This document shows positions 11,701 through 23,995 of a stretch of 64,000 nucleotides of DNA, in pieces; position 1 is the first letter of the stretch; every line of letters begins with the position of its first letter. The DNA is taken from NCBI GenBank assembly GCA_030704615.1, contig CM060734.1, positions 37,510,001 through 37,574,000 on the forward strand. The letters are read 5' to 3'. The DNA is from Takakia lepidozioides (lineage: Eukaryota; Plantae; Bryophyta). A program made the translations under genes and the position numbers. The notes beneath the pieces were generated by a model that worked only from the letters and a program-made list of their open reading frames with translations, did no database searches and had not been told where the DNA came from.

Positions 11701-12575
11701 CAGTATGGCCAAGCCATTGTGGAGACGACTGTGTCTGCATCACAGTGGAGAATTGCTCGCACAAAGCCGTCGTTTCGAGGAAGGTGTTCCGCAATTCATG
11801 TGGATACACGGCAACGTTGTTTAGAGATGATAAGAAGGAATCCAGATGGGGCTGTCCCTGCTCCTACTTTTACAGGAAGATTTGTCCATGCAAAGTTTGC
11901 GGAGGCGACAACCACCCAGTTCTGGTTCTGCAGGCACGACATTATGACTTGCGTGTATGGAAAGCCCAAGTACGGCATACAAACAATGCCAGAGGCTCCC
12001 CCGGTGTGGCCGATGGAACCAGGCTGCGATCTGAGTCAGGTTGAGGCCGACGCCCTTACCGCCGCAGGATTTCGGATGGTGCAGCGCACTGACGTCCCCA
12101 GAGAACCATTTCCGCTTCCACAGCCTCCACCACCGACCCCTGTGAGAGCAAGAACAATGGGACACGACAGCTCTAAGCATCCTACACACCGTTGGGGAAA
12201 CCGAAGAGGCGGCGACCTCCCTCAAAAGTGAACGAGACAAGGATGGGGAATGCACTTCGGATGAACTGTACAATCCAGAGCTCGACAGAAGTGCCCCCAC
12301 CAGGATTCGGGCGTGTGTATCAGATGGCCACGGCGGGCTCAGCTCTTCGCAATGAGGTGTACACCATCACCATTTCAGAATTACCCACCTGCAATTGCAC
12401 CGACTTCCAGATCATGGCGAACAAGGGGGCATCATACTGCCCTTGCAAGCATTTGTATTACGTGTACCTAAAGAGACTCCGTTGTAATTCCACAACTCAT
12501 CACTTCATACATGCACCAGGGTTGAGCCCCCAGGAGGTTCACACTCTTCTGAATATGGATCCAGGGGACCAGTGA
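8752..12575 (+). pseudogene. MULE-type transposase: GCM/WRKY-like Zn domain, DDE core, SWIM finger; several frameshifts; intron about 11064-11146; start uncertain
   Basis: RKHDGHPW..VRYVLCAGKLRCLNPTC..CAHC..CRAKQYY..CIHVGVHCHP; WVMFDH; FMADNAQA; CGFHW (CxxH); TNMAESVHSSW; SWIM CNC..CPCKHLYYV. Confidence 0.8.
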
Positions 12576-13149
12576 GCTTGGCTTGCGGTCCCCATACAAT
12601 GGTACGCCCATCCTTTTCGGATAGTAGAACTGTACTGCTGCCAGTACCTCAGACTCTGGCCACAGAAAGGTCCGACATATGTCTTGCCTACCAGTAACAT
12701 GTTTTGCTCGAACTAAGATATTACTATATCGTTCACTTGTTTCCACGTGCATGTATTTTTGTATGTTGGAGGGTTCATGTTTTTCTGCTTTCCGAAAACT
12801 TGCTTTCCTCATTCGACCTCCGACAAGGAAATGCGGCGCCGCATTTCCAAGTATCGTCGTAGGTACTGGTAGAGGCGGCCTTCGCCAACACCAAACCGCT
12901 CCGAAATTTCGCACGTGCGAACCCTAATGCGGCACCCTATTTCCCAGTTCAGTTGCAAACCTTTCCCGCCGAATACCCGAAGAAGACAGAATTGTGAAGT
13001 ACTGCAGACTCCATTGGTTCAATCGCGGCAAAAGGGTCAGCTTCATTCCAATGTTAAGGCATGTAAAACCGCGGAATACTCTATACAGGCCAGTATGCGA
13101 CGTCCTTTTGCAGTGGTATACTGGATTTCCCGTTGCACGGTCACTTATT

Positions 13150-13411
13150 TCCATGAGCGGATCTAAAAAACCATGAGCGGACTTGTTACTGACGACATAT
13201 CTTCGCCGCATTACATGATCTGGAACGTCCAAAAATGGCAAGGTCAAATAAAAAACTATTATTTTAATACTTATTTAATCTGCCGCATTTCCAAATTTGG
13301 AGGAGTCCGCTCATGAAATCCGCGTATCTTAGACTTCGGCTCACCGCTCATGCGGCTCATGCGGCTCATGGCTCATGGCTCATGGTTTCTGCTCATGAAA
13401 TAGTAAACCTC
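13150..13411. repeat. Right terminus and subterminal CATGAGC(GG) repeats of the MULE
   Basis: CCATGAGCGG at 13151 and 13171; GCTCATG repeated about 6 times at 13344-13397. Terminus read inward: GAGGTTTACTATTTCATGAGC. Confidence 0.7.
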
Positions 13412-16400
13412 ATGGGCAGAGGGACGAAAGATGTGGTTACGGATGAGGAATAGTGAGGTAAGGCTGTCAGTGAAGATGTAGTATGGGGGGGGGGAAAGTG
13501 TCGAGTAAAGAGAGAGAGCATCGTGAATGGCCATGAGTTCAGCCCTGAGAATGGTGGCAGGTCCAGGGAGCCTGAGGGCAACGCCTTGACCGGTGTTGGC
13601 GTGATAAATACCGTACCCTACATTAGGTTTGGTGAGGGATCCGTCGGTGTAGTGTGAGTTGGCCGGTGGGTATTTGGGGATGGTGTTTTGTTGATATATT
13701 GCGGGGATTGGAGGGGGAGGCGTTGTTGGCGTGACCTGTGGGGGGCGTGGTATCGCAATGTTCCAAACTTTGTTTGTTCTAATCCGGGGCAGTGTGGCGG
13801 GTGCATGGGTGTGAGGGAGGGCAATTGGGCGATGGATGGTGGCCTTTAATTTATGGGTTTTGGTTAATAATTGTTCTAGTTGATGGAAGAAATGTGTCGG
13901 TATGTCTGCATGAAGGGGGTTTTGGACGTGTAGCATAAGGGTAAGGGTGGGTTCTTTCCGTTTGAGGTAGGAGGGGTGTGAATATATTTAAGTTGGTTTG
14001 TGGCGAGTAAGTTAACCCCTTCTGGAAGTCGTAGGAGAGAGTGAGAGGTGCTCGGTGTGATTTGGTGTGTGAGAATGAGGATTGTGGACGCAGAAGGAGA
14101 GGAGTGCGCAACAAATTTTGCCCATTGAAGAGCTTCGTAAGCACGGGGGCCAGGGGGGTGGGCAAGGCCCCGACCTTCCCAGGTGTGCTGGGTGGCAGTA
14201 CCTGTGGCTCCAAAGATACAGTCTCTATGGTGTGGGCTAGAAAATGTGTGCAATGTCATTGGGCATGTCAGTGGGTTGGAGTAGTATGAGTGAGTAAGCT
14301 GGAATGTATTGATAATTAAGGTGAGAATATCTTGGGGTATGGTATGGTGTGCACATGTTGTTTCCAATCTAGTAAGGGACCGGGGTTTCTTGGGGGGAGT
14401 GTCTTTGAGGTAGCGGTCAACCAGCCAATATAATTCGGTAGCAAAATCTTGTTTCGGGGGTTGTAGTGATTGTGGAGATGAGCTTACAATAGAGTATTTC
14501 TCCCACAACCATATTAATCGTGCATTAGGAATGAGTCCAATGAAGCGGCCATGTTAAGCATAGATATCGGAGAGGCGGGGGCCCATGCGGATGAGTGGTT
14601 GATCATGCTTGACATCTTTGTCGGGATTACATTCAGTTATGCAGATGTGTATGTTGGGAGCATAGATGGGTTGGTGTATGTATCTGTTATCTATAGGTTG
14701 AGTGGGAGTGGCGTGTTGTTGGTGGGTGTGTGTTAGATAATCGGTGTTAGTATTTTTGTGGAAGGTGGTGAGTAGGGCAAGATTGTGTTCAGGGTTGCAA
14801 TCGTCATGTGGGCCGAATAGGTCATGTTCTATCTGCCATGTGTTGTCTGATGAGGAGTACCCAACCCATTGACAGTGATAGTATGTATCAATACAGGTGG
14901 CCCCAAAGGCATCAATGGACATTTGGGTTTTAACTCCTAGTATGGCATCAATGATGTAAGCATTGTTATTGTCGTCACTATGTGGTGAGGATGGGGGGGA
15001 CAGTGCGGTGGTTAGTTGGGAAGGGGTGGGGGAGCCTTGCATACTAGGTGATGGAGTGAGTGGCGTAAGCAGGTTGTGGTTAGGTTCGGGAGGGTGTGTG
15101 TTAGGTACTTGATATGGGGGATCGGGTTGTGTGTCTGGAGGAGTATTGGTGGTATATGTCGTTTTGAGTCTTTGATAGATGGAGGCAGTAGGGGAAGATC
15201 GGTACTGGGGGAGCAGGTCTTGGGCCGTATGTGGATAGTAGAGGCAGGGGAGATCACATTGGAGAGTGCAGGCTGCTGAGGGATGACAAAAGAGGGTGCG
15301 AAGGTGGTGTAGGCATCGATTGGTTTTGGACGTGGCGCGGGAGAACTTAAGAGTGAATTCACTTGGTTTAAAAAGTCTATGGCTGGTGGCGGTAGTAAGT
15401 TGGGTGAGGGTGGTGATGTGGCGTTCTTTGAAATAGGTGAGGATGGGGGTCTTTTGTTTGGGATAAGAGACGTCGAATTGTGATAAAAAAGGGCTTGTGA
15501 GCCATGCGCGTTCTAAAGGTGACGAGGTGTTAGGATAGGCTGGCAGATCGGTTTGTATGCTAATTTTCATTTGGCGTAGGATGAGTAGTGTGCGTGCAGT
15601 GGGGGAGTGTAGGCAGGCCTGTGGGTGCAAGGATGATAATGAGTAGAGGCGATTGTATTGTAATGCAAGGTGTTTGAGAAGTCCCTGATAAATGATACCT
15701 AGGCGCCCATGATCGTTGAGTGCTTCTTTTAATTGGGTGCCTAATGTACGAGCATACGAGATGATTAATGGGCTCGAACCAATTCCGTAGTGGTCAGTAG
15801 GGGGTTGCGTGAGGGCATTGGGAGTGCTAGTCGGTAGGCCACATACACGCTTTGTTAGCTGAATAATACTTTTATCAAGTTTTTTGATGTCCGGTAGGGA
15901 GAAGGGTTTGCGTGGAATGAGTATTGAATTTGTGTTTATAGTACGGATTGAATGATAGATAATTTTGGTCGAATGGCAATAGGGGATTTGAGCAGGGCAA
16001 GGCTTTTGGTAGCGAGTTTGGATGATGTAGATTCTTTTTGGATATGCCATGTGAGGGAGGGAACATTGTAAACCTAGGTAAGTATATGGCTCGTCTGGTC
16101 CTAGAAAGGGAAATGGTGTGTTTTGGTAGTGTACATAGAGTTTGCAATGTGAGGCTATGGCAGTTTTGGTGAGCCAACTATGATGTGTTGCGGCTGTGAT
16201 GGCGCATTTGTACAAGCTGAGTTCCATACCTGACCATAGATTGAATCTGAATAGTTTGTTAACTTGTCGGTTTATGTGTTGTGGTTTATGTGCCAGGATA
16301 GCTAGATCATCTGCATATGCTGCAGCGGAGATGTCACTTGATGAGGTTTTGTATTGGTATCCGAGCTTGCCGCGAGCTAGCCATCTGAGAAGAGGTTCTA

Positions 16401-18988
16401 GGAAGATAATGAATAGGTAGGGGCTTAAGGTGTCACGTTGGATAGTTCCCCGGAGGATGGGGATAGGCGGGGTGAAACCATAGTATGCACCAAAATATTC
16501 AATAGTACTGTTTGTGTACATGTTTCCTATTAGTTGGACAGCATCAGTGGGGTAACCAAGGTCAAGCATGATAGCAAGTAGTCTAGCATGATCTAGGGAG
16601 CCGAAGGCATTTTTAAAATCGATATATAAGAGATAAATATCTTGCTTTATAAGTTTAGCATCTTCGAGTGCGGATAGAACATATTGTATTTGTCGTGTTG
16701 TGCTGCGTGTAGCTCGGAATCCTTCTCGGGGGGTCACTAAGAATTTGGTGTTGCTCGCCATAACTTGATAGCATTGTGGTGAGCGTGCTGGTGAATAGCT
16801 TGTATATGGTGTTGGCCAGTGCTATGGGCCTATAATTACTGAGATCTGTAGGGTCGCCTTTTTTGAATAGTAGAATGGTTCAACTGTGCTTCCAGGAGTG
16901 TGGGATTCGTTTTAGTTTGTAACATAGTTGAAATTTTTTTTAAATGAGGGAGTGTAGTTGAGGGTCTAATGCTTGAAGTATGGCATTTGGTATAAGATCG
17001 GGTCTCGGGGCTTTAGATTTTAATAGTTTTTTAAGGCATGATTCGTAGAGATCAATTGTAAATAAGTCTAGGATGCGGTCCATTGAGGATCATCTGTTGT
17101 CAATCGAGAAGCCATCTATATCATGCCATGGATAGTGTTTAGCTTTACACATGCAGTTGGCAGTGTGGAGACTGGGGTGTAAGCAGTTTGTAACTGTGGG
17201 TGTGTAGGTTGAGGATGCTTGTGACCATATTTCTTGGTTGATGTCCGTTGGATTGGTTAGCAAGTGGCCGTGCCTGTGTTTGAGACAGTCGATGGGTGGG
17301 TTGAGGGCAGGGTTAAAGATGGCTTTGTGAGCTTTTTTGGGATGGTCGCGTAGCAGTCGGTTAAAAGAAGAGACGAATTTTTTGTGATTGTCGGCGGCTT
17401 TTTGTTTGGTAATACTGTAAGCAGCTTTTTTGGCATCTCTTCCAACTTTGGAAAGAGCAGCTGTCCAGTGAGGAATATCTTGGGGATTGGCGGGTGGGGG
17501 CATAAGTGCTTGACATGTTGTTAAGGTGTTTAGGCAGGTGATACGTGGATCCGAAGGCCAGTTATTTCCCGGGTGGATGGGGGTAGTGGTAGATATAATG
17601 GTGAGGGCACGCCTGATTGTGTGGTATGTGTTAAGATGTGATGTCCATATACGTTTTTGAGTATGGGTAAGGTAGCCACCATTTTTGAGCGTGTAGTTTG
17701 TGGGATTTTAGGGGGGGCAGAGCAGGTGGCAATGACACTATTGGTCATTTCTTTCATTGAAGTTGTGAGTATGGTCTCGGCTTCGGTCTAGGCTTTGTCA
17801 GGGGATTGCGCGAGGTTTGCTTCGGAAAGTATGTCGGAGAGTTGTATCATAAGGTGTAAGGATGCTGGTTGGAAATGCTTTAGGAAGGTGACTATGTTAT
17901 TATGGGGAAGTGGGGTTAAGATTCTAGATTGTGGTGGTGGGACATGTATGGGTGGAATAGGTCTAAAGGAAATGAGAGATGGTGGGATGGTTACTAACAC
18001 GGGGTAATGGTCTGAGTTGCATAGACTATTAATGTGTACATGACTGCTGAGGTATGTGGGGATGTCGTTTTGTGTCTTGAGGTAGAAACCGTCAAGAAAG
18101 CTTAAGGATGAGTAGTTGAGTCCACCTTGTCTGGAATAGTGGTGATCGGCGGGTATACAACAGAGATGGTGTGAATGAGTAAAACTTGCCCATTCATGGT
18201 CAGCGGGGGATGGAGTTTTATGTATACCATTGTATGTGTGACCCATGAGAGCAATGTCCTTGTTGAAATCGCCTGCTAGAATGTAGTGCTGGGAGTGGGT
18301 GGAAGGTTGTGTTAACGTTTTAGAGATGGTGAGCAGGATATCAGGGATCAAGGGGAGATCTTCGGAGTGTGAGGGCATGTACAAGTGTATAAGGATAATA
18401 GGAGGCATGGCGGGAAGGTGTAGTTTGATGATTTGAAGATGTGATCGTAGGGAAGAGCGACAGGGATTTTGATTGTGGTGTTCGGGGAGTGATGTGTGCG
18501 GAGGATACCAAAAGCCATCCCTCCCCGAGTAGGGTGATATGGCGCGGAGCGTCTGTTTAGGCACTTTGCAGCTGTGAGTGAGCTGCCATATAGCAGGTAG
18601 TAGGCTGGGAGGAGTTTCTTGATATTTGAGTTGTTGGGGTTGTGTGCGCTGAGTTTAGTTTCTTGTAATAGAATGATATGTGGGGGTGTAGAGTCCGTTA
18701 GATGGAGAAGGCTTTGGATGCTGGTGGCAAGTGATCCTACATTCCACGTAAGTATGTTGAGTGCGTGTGCTGGCTGGGAGGAGGCGGTGTGTGGGAGGCT
18801 GTTGGATCTAGGAAATGTTGGAGGTGGGACATTGGTGGAGCTGGTCATGCAGGGTGGGATGGTGGATGGAGGTGTGGTGGGAGGGGGTTGATATCCAGGG
18901 ATGCCTCTCGTGGCGTGGAGGGTTGCGGCGAGAATATTTTTGGAGAGGAATGGAAATTTGTTGGTGATAGTATCGACTACCTCCGGAA

Positions 18989-19393
18989 TTGAGTCCGAAG
19001 TTCGTACCACCGTATGCGGGACCCTTTCGCATCCGGAAGGTTATGAATGAGGATGTGTATGAATTGGAGTTGCCGGCAAACAGCAAGGTGCATCCGGTAT
19101 TCCACGTCTCATTTTTTAAGCCTTACTTCAAAGATGAAGCACGTCCGAATCGGCCTCAAGTGTTGCGTCCGCCACCTGTGCTGTTGGATCATGAAATTGA
19201 ACCTGAGTACGAGGTGGAGGCAATGCTTAAGTTGAGGAGATTCAAGAATCGAGAAACGGAGTATCTCGTGAAATGGAAGGGCTATCATCATGTGGAGGCA
19301 TCTTGGGTGCGTGTCTCAGAAATGGGAAACGCATCCGAGGCGGTTGCAGTTTTCGAAGAGCAACCGAGGGGGTTGTCTTGTAGTGCGGGCTAA
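18989..19393 (+). pseudogene. Integrase GPY/F domain plus chromodomain (fragment)
   Basis: PKFVPPYAGPFRIRKVMNEDVYELELP..HPVFHVS..EYEVEAML..EYLVKWKGYHHVEASWV. Confidence 0.9.
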
Positions 19394-19693
19394 TGCGGAA
19401 GCTACGTGCTTCCAGTCACGTACTATAATCGTGTAGCCTCGGGACAAAGTCGTAGTGCGGCTTCGGCGTGTTCCCGTACCTCAGGCCAGCATTCCAAAGT
19501 GGACCCGATTGTAGTGATTGAGGTGCACGGTTGGTTCAAGGTTATCTTCCTAGTAAAAAAGGGTTCAAGGCGAACCCTTGCTCAAGGTGATGCCAAAAGC
19601 GACATCACGAGCGGTTGCAAGCAAATGTTGTTGCAGTAAGGCGATTTGATCCTCGGGGAGGATCGATCCTTGGCCCTGAAGTGGGTCAAGAAG

Positions 19694-20623
19694 TGTGCAC
19701 TAGGAGGAGCTTGAGAGGCTCCACCCTTGGCCGGGACTTGGAGGAAGTCGGCCGAACTAGCTAGTGGAGAGAAGAGTCAAGTGGGGGTTTGGTTCTTAGC
19801 CATGGGACGCCATGGTGCGGAAACAAACTCCTTGATGTGGGACGCCACAACTTGGATGTTCGTTTCTACAAAATGGACAAGTCGATGAGGACATCGACTC
19901 CCTATTGGTAGGGGTGTCTGTCGCGGTCCTTTGCCTTGAGGGCAGGGGGTCAAGTCGCAGAGGGGCTGCCCCTGTGGTGGGGGCGGTGGCAGCAATAGGT
20001 ACGGGGGGCTGAAGCAACCTTGAGTGCCCAAGGCACTTGAGGAGGCGGAGGCACTCACTAGGTGGAGCCCCGCACACCGGGTTGCGGTGGGGGTGGCTCC
20101 ACAAGGGGTGGTGGTAGCTTAGTGGGACTTAGTGGGGGTGGCATAGGACTCACCATGGGGGCGAAGACCTTGTGGTGGGAGTCGTGGGGAGTCTTGGGAC
20201 TCATCACGGTCCAAGGTGACCGTGGTGGGTGGGCCAAGACTCACCACCGGGAATCGAGGGTTTTCGTGGTGGTTCGCCATAAAATGGTGGTTGTTTGTGA
20301 AACCCCCGCGGACAGCCACATAAGTATATATAGGGAGTAGTAACCCCGAGAACGGTGCAAGCCCGTTGGTGTCCAAAAACTAGTGAGTAAGCGTGCGAGC
20401 CGGAAAGCGACCAAGGTGTGGGGAGCTATTCCGGACTGCCATCGACCAAAGGGAATTTTCACTAGGCCCAAATTGGGAGAGGGTCTACTGGAGGAGGACC
20501 GTTATGCCCCGGTGAGCAGCCGAAGCTCCGAGTTGGCCCGATGGCCAGTTTGGGAGTTAGGCGCGCGCATCAAGCGAGTAACTATGACTTGAAGGGGAGC
20601 TTCCCGAAATGAGGTGCGCAACA
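19694..20623 (+). repeat. Putative 3' LTR (about 930 bp, TG...CA)
   Basis: Starts TGTGCAC after a purine-rich tract (GAAGTGGGTCAAGAAG), ends CAACA at the LINE junction; TATA-like TATATATA near 20326. Left boundary inferred. Confidence 0.65.
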
Positions 20624-22059
20624 TAGGAGGTGTGGGGGTGCTAGATATCTGTGAGGTAGTGGGGGTAGATCATGTAATTGTTGTAGTAGCGAACAGATGT
20701 GTGTGTTTGGTTGGGTTCGAAAGTAGTCGTTGCATATTGAGGGTATTGGAGAGATGACGAGAATTAGTGAGAATATGAGATGTTGTTTAGGGTATGTGCT
20801 AAGTTTATGGGTGGCACTGACTAGAAATGGGTGTTCGCAGGCAGGAAGCCCAAGGTGACAATTGGGTATGTGAGTTTGCGGTTATTGGTGGAAGGGTTGG
20901 GGAGGAAGGGAGAGAAGTGGTCACTAAGATGTTAGTATGCAGGCACGAGGGAGACAGTGTCTGTTTGGAAATATAGTGCATATCTGTCTTTAGGATCCTT
21001 TGAGAGCTTGTTGATGATGCTAGTTATGGTATTTGGGCTTGGGTTTGGGTGGATGTCGCCGCAGCGGAGTAGTATGAGTGTTTCATAGGCAAGTTTATAA
21101 GATATAAAGTGGGATGGTGGGTGGTGGTCGGAGTGTTTAGAGGTGAGAGGTTTCTGGTGATATCTCCCATGTGGGCAGTGGGTTATAAGTTGGGTTTTGA
21201 TGGAATGGGGGGTGGGGAAGTGATTAGATAGATGTTCGTACGGGTGTGTGAGGGAGAGGGTGTTACTTTGGAAATATAGTGCATATCTGTCTTGTGGGTC
21301 CATTGGCAATGGACCCATGATGTCATCGATAGAAGTGGGACCTGGGTTTGGGTGGATGTCACCACATCTTAGGAGTATGAGCTCGATACATGTGTCTGTG
21401 TATGCAGTGTCGGGGGGGGGGGGGGGGGGTGATGGTAATAATGTCTGGATTTTAGGGGGTTTTGACGTCGGGTGTCGTGTGGGTGAATAGCGAGTGCAAG
21501 GGGTTCAGAGTGGGTACGGTAGGGTATTTTGGGATGGTGAGGGAAAAAAAGGTGTGGATGGAATGTATGGATTGGAATGTTGGGGTTTGTAGAAGTGGAG
21601 CTAGTGGACAGGAAGTGTACGGGGCGGACGGTCAAGACGCTATTAATTTGATGGGTCGATATGGAGGAGGGTCGAATATTTAGGGAATAGTATATAGAGT
21701 GTAAAAAGTGGGGTTGCCTTAGATGTGAGCATTGCTTTTGACGACTATCGGGTGGAGGTCGGGCAAGCACCAAAGAGGTGGTGACAGAGAGGCACCGTGT
21801 GCAAGATTTTGCGGAGTGGGGTGACATTGTTCCAGGCCTGGCGGGGGTTGATGAAACTTTAGCAGTAGTGTGAGAGGTGATGGTATGTGGGCTAAAGGGT
21901 TCATGGGTGAAATATGTGTCATGAGCACTTAGGGCATATTGAATGAGAGAGTGTGATATTCCATTGTAAGGGATTTTGGGGTATAGGTGTCTGGGGAATG
22001 GATGTAGTGAAATTTTTTGGACATATGTGTCACGGTATGAGAATTGTGCAATAAGGCAA

Positions 22060-22350
22060 GTAGGGGATGGATGATAAACGTCTGGGAGACGATGACAAAC
22101 AAAAGATGGATGGTATACGCCTGGGAGGTGATGCCAAACAGAAGATGGATGGTATACGTCAAGGAGACGATGATAAATATGATATGGATTGTATACATCT
22201 AGAAGTTGAAGAATAACAAAATGGCAGTAATACATTTTTGTGGTAATCAATGGAGAAGATCACGGAGTAGAAATCTTTGTGTAAAATGTGGTAGAAGTCA
22301 TTTGATATGATCATGGAGTAAAAATCTTTGTGTAAAATCATGTGGGTAGA
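22060..22350. repeat. Short tandem repeats (about 39 bp and about 51 bp units) inside the LINE
   Basis: GATGGATGGTATACG repeated (YHPS..L.DV peptide); GGAGTA(G/A)AAATCTTTGTGTAAAAT twice. Confidence 0.7.
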
Positions 22351-23839
22351 GTAACATGTAGGTGAAGATGTTTGAAATAGAGCCGGAGTGCCCAAACAGC
22401 TGGGGTAGAGGAGACTGAAAGTGCAGAGTTGTTCTCGCTTGAACGAGAGTCGTTGTTGGAGCTATGCTTCAGCTGACAAAGATTGAGAAGTCTTGTACCA
22501 GGGTAAGTGAATTGTGGTACCATGAGTGGCGACTGACAGAGGGCAACTTGTCCAAGGTGCTAGTCTTGAATCACAGCTCTGCGCCTGTGGGGTGTGTGTG
22601 GTAGATACTGCGGGGTAGTGGGATGCCCTTTAAGGTCGGGGAGCCAGCTGGGGCAGAACAACAGTAAGTTAGAGAATGATGGCAGTTTAATGTACACAGG
22701 AGTGGATCTTGTGAACATAAAGGGGGGAGGGGTGTCCAGGGTAGGGAAGAGGGTTGAGTGTGCTCCCTGGAAGTAAAAGGACAGTGAAGCGGTTGTGGCC
22801 GGGTGGGGGGCAACATCTGCTGCCAACTCCAAGGCACTTGGATGTTTTGGTTGGCAGCTACATCATGGAATCCAATTCCACCTTCCAAGTGCTGGCACCA
22901 GCTGAGAGCATTCGGCCAGTCCATCTCAATGTGCGTCTTCTGAGTTGTGGCCAGCAAAGCCTCCATGGGGGCAGCCCACTCTGCGGCTTGGTTTTGGTGT
23001 GTGGTGAGCAGGGCCTCAAGTTCAAGAGATCTTTCATTGAGTTTGTTAGCACTGCCCTTATGGTGGGATGCCCTCCCCTCATCAATTCTTGCTTTCTCTG
23101 CCAGTGCAGTCACCATTACTTGAGCTGAAGTTGATGTGTAGCCAGCTTGCCTGTGCTGCAAACTTTCCAGCTTCTATGCTAGTTCTGCCACCTGGGCAGC
23201 TTTTACTTCCTGCTGCTCAATATGAGGTTGGTGTGTGACCAACAGGCTGGTGATATTGCTGTAAGAACGGAGTCAAGGTATCGGAGTGGCAAGTTGATGC
23301 CAATGTGAATGACCATCTTGGTGGAAGTCGTGATGGAGTTTAAGACCAGGAACATAGAGTGTATCAGTACCTCCCTCCATGCAATCTTCGGGATGGGGGG
23401 CAAAGCTTCGCCACTTCAGGATGCGGAAACTCCAGGAGGTAGGGTGGGAACTGGGTCTCCATGGTACAACGTCTGTACGGCTCCAAATGAGGGTAGCACC
23501 AAGCTCGGTGTAAGGCCCCCAAAACTTATATAGAGCCACTTGCATGGAACAAGATTCTTCGGGCTGGGGCTTAGCATCCAACCATTGTTGAGCAATAGTT
23601 TGCAATGCCCCATCACAAAACTGAGGCCTATTCTGTGAACCTCCCGCATTCTTATTCAATTCCAGATTTGTAAGTGAGGAAGAAATGACATCTTGGAGAG
23701 GTTGGCTACGGGCTTCATGATGTGCCATGCCATACCAGAAACCCTGGACAGTGCATACTCGTGGAGTGAGAGATTTCATTATACCGGTAGCAGGCATATA
23801 AAGCAGCAGATTGCATCTGAAGTGTGGGGGAGAGGTAGC

Positions 23840-23995
23840 CATAGTGTCAAACACTCCCTTTGCATCCTCGATGCACCCACATTTTGCATACATGTCTGCC
23901 AGGGTATTGTTCAGAATGATAGTTGGTGCAATTCCAGCTCTGAAGATGTCGCCATGGAACGCTTTGCCCTTTTCCAGATCTGCCAGGGCAGTGTG
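23840..23995 (-). pseudogene. Captured PPR-motif fragment within the LINE 5' region
   Basis: ALADLEKGKAFHGDIFRAGIAPTIILNNTLADMYAKCGCIEDAKGVFDTM closely resembles repeats of the PPR gene at 49785-51533. Confidence 0.8.

Larger units (their letters stand above)
2929..13411 (+). mobile_element. Mutator-like (MULE) DNA transposon with two divergent genes; left end deleted, right end inserted in the LINE RNase H region
   Basis: DDE/CxxH/SWIM transposase, internal palindrome array, CATGAGC subterminal repeats; sharp junction with LINE sequence at 13411/13412. Confidence 0.8.
18977..20623 (+). mobile_element. 3' fragment of a Ty3/gypsy chromovirus (integrase C-terminus, chromodomain, 3' LTR) nested in the LINE
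   Basis: Integrase motifs GPFRI and HPVFHVS plus a chromodomain; LINE sequence resumes exactly after ...GCGCAACA at 20623; left junction is a deletion. Confidence 0.85.
13412..21400 (-). pseudogene. Frameshifted LINE polyprotein: 2A-like x2, APE, RT, chromodomain, MTase-like domain, RNase H
   Basis: APE: ILTWNVGSL, LLQETKL, LAGDFN, SDHYPV. RT: IDFKNAFGSLDH, GTIQRDTLSPYLF, AYADDL, YTYLG. RNase H: YTDGS, RAELMAI, IFTDSLTSL. Confidence 0.9.
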
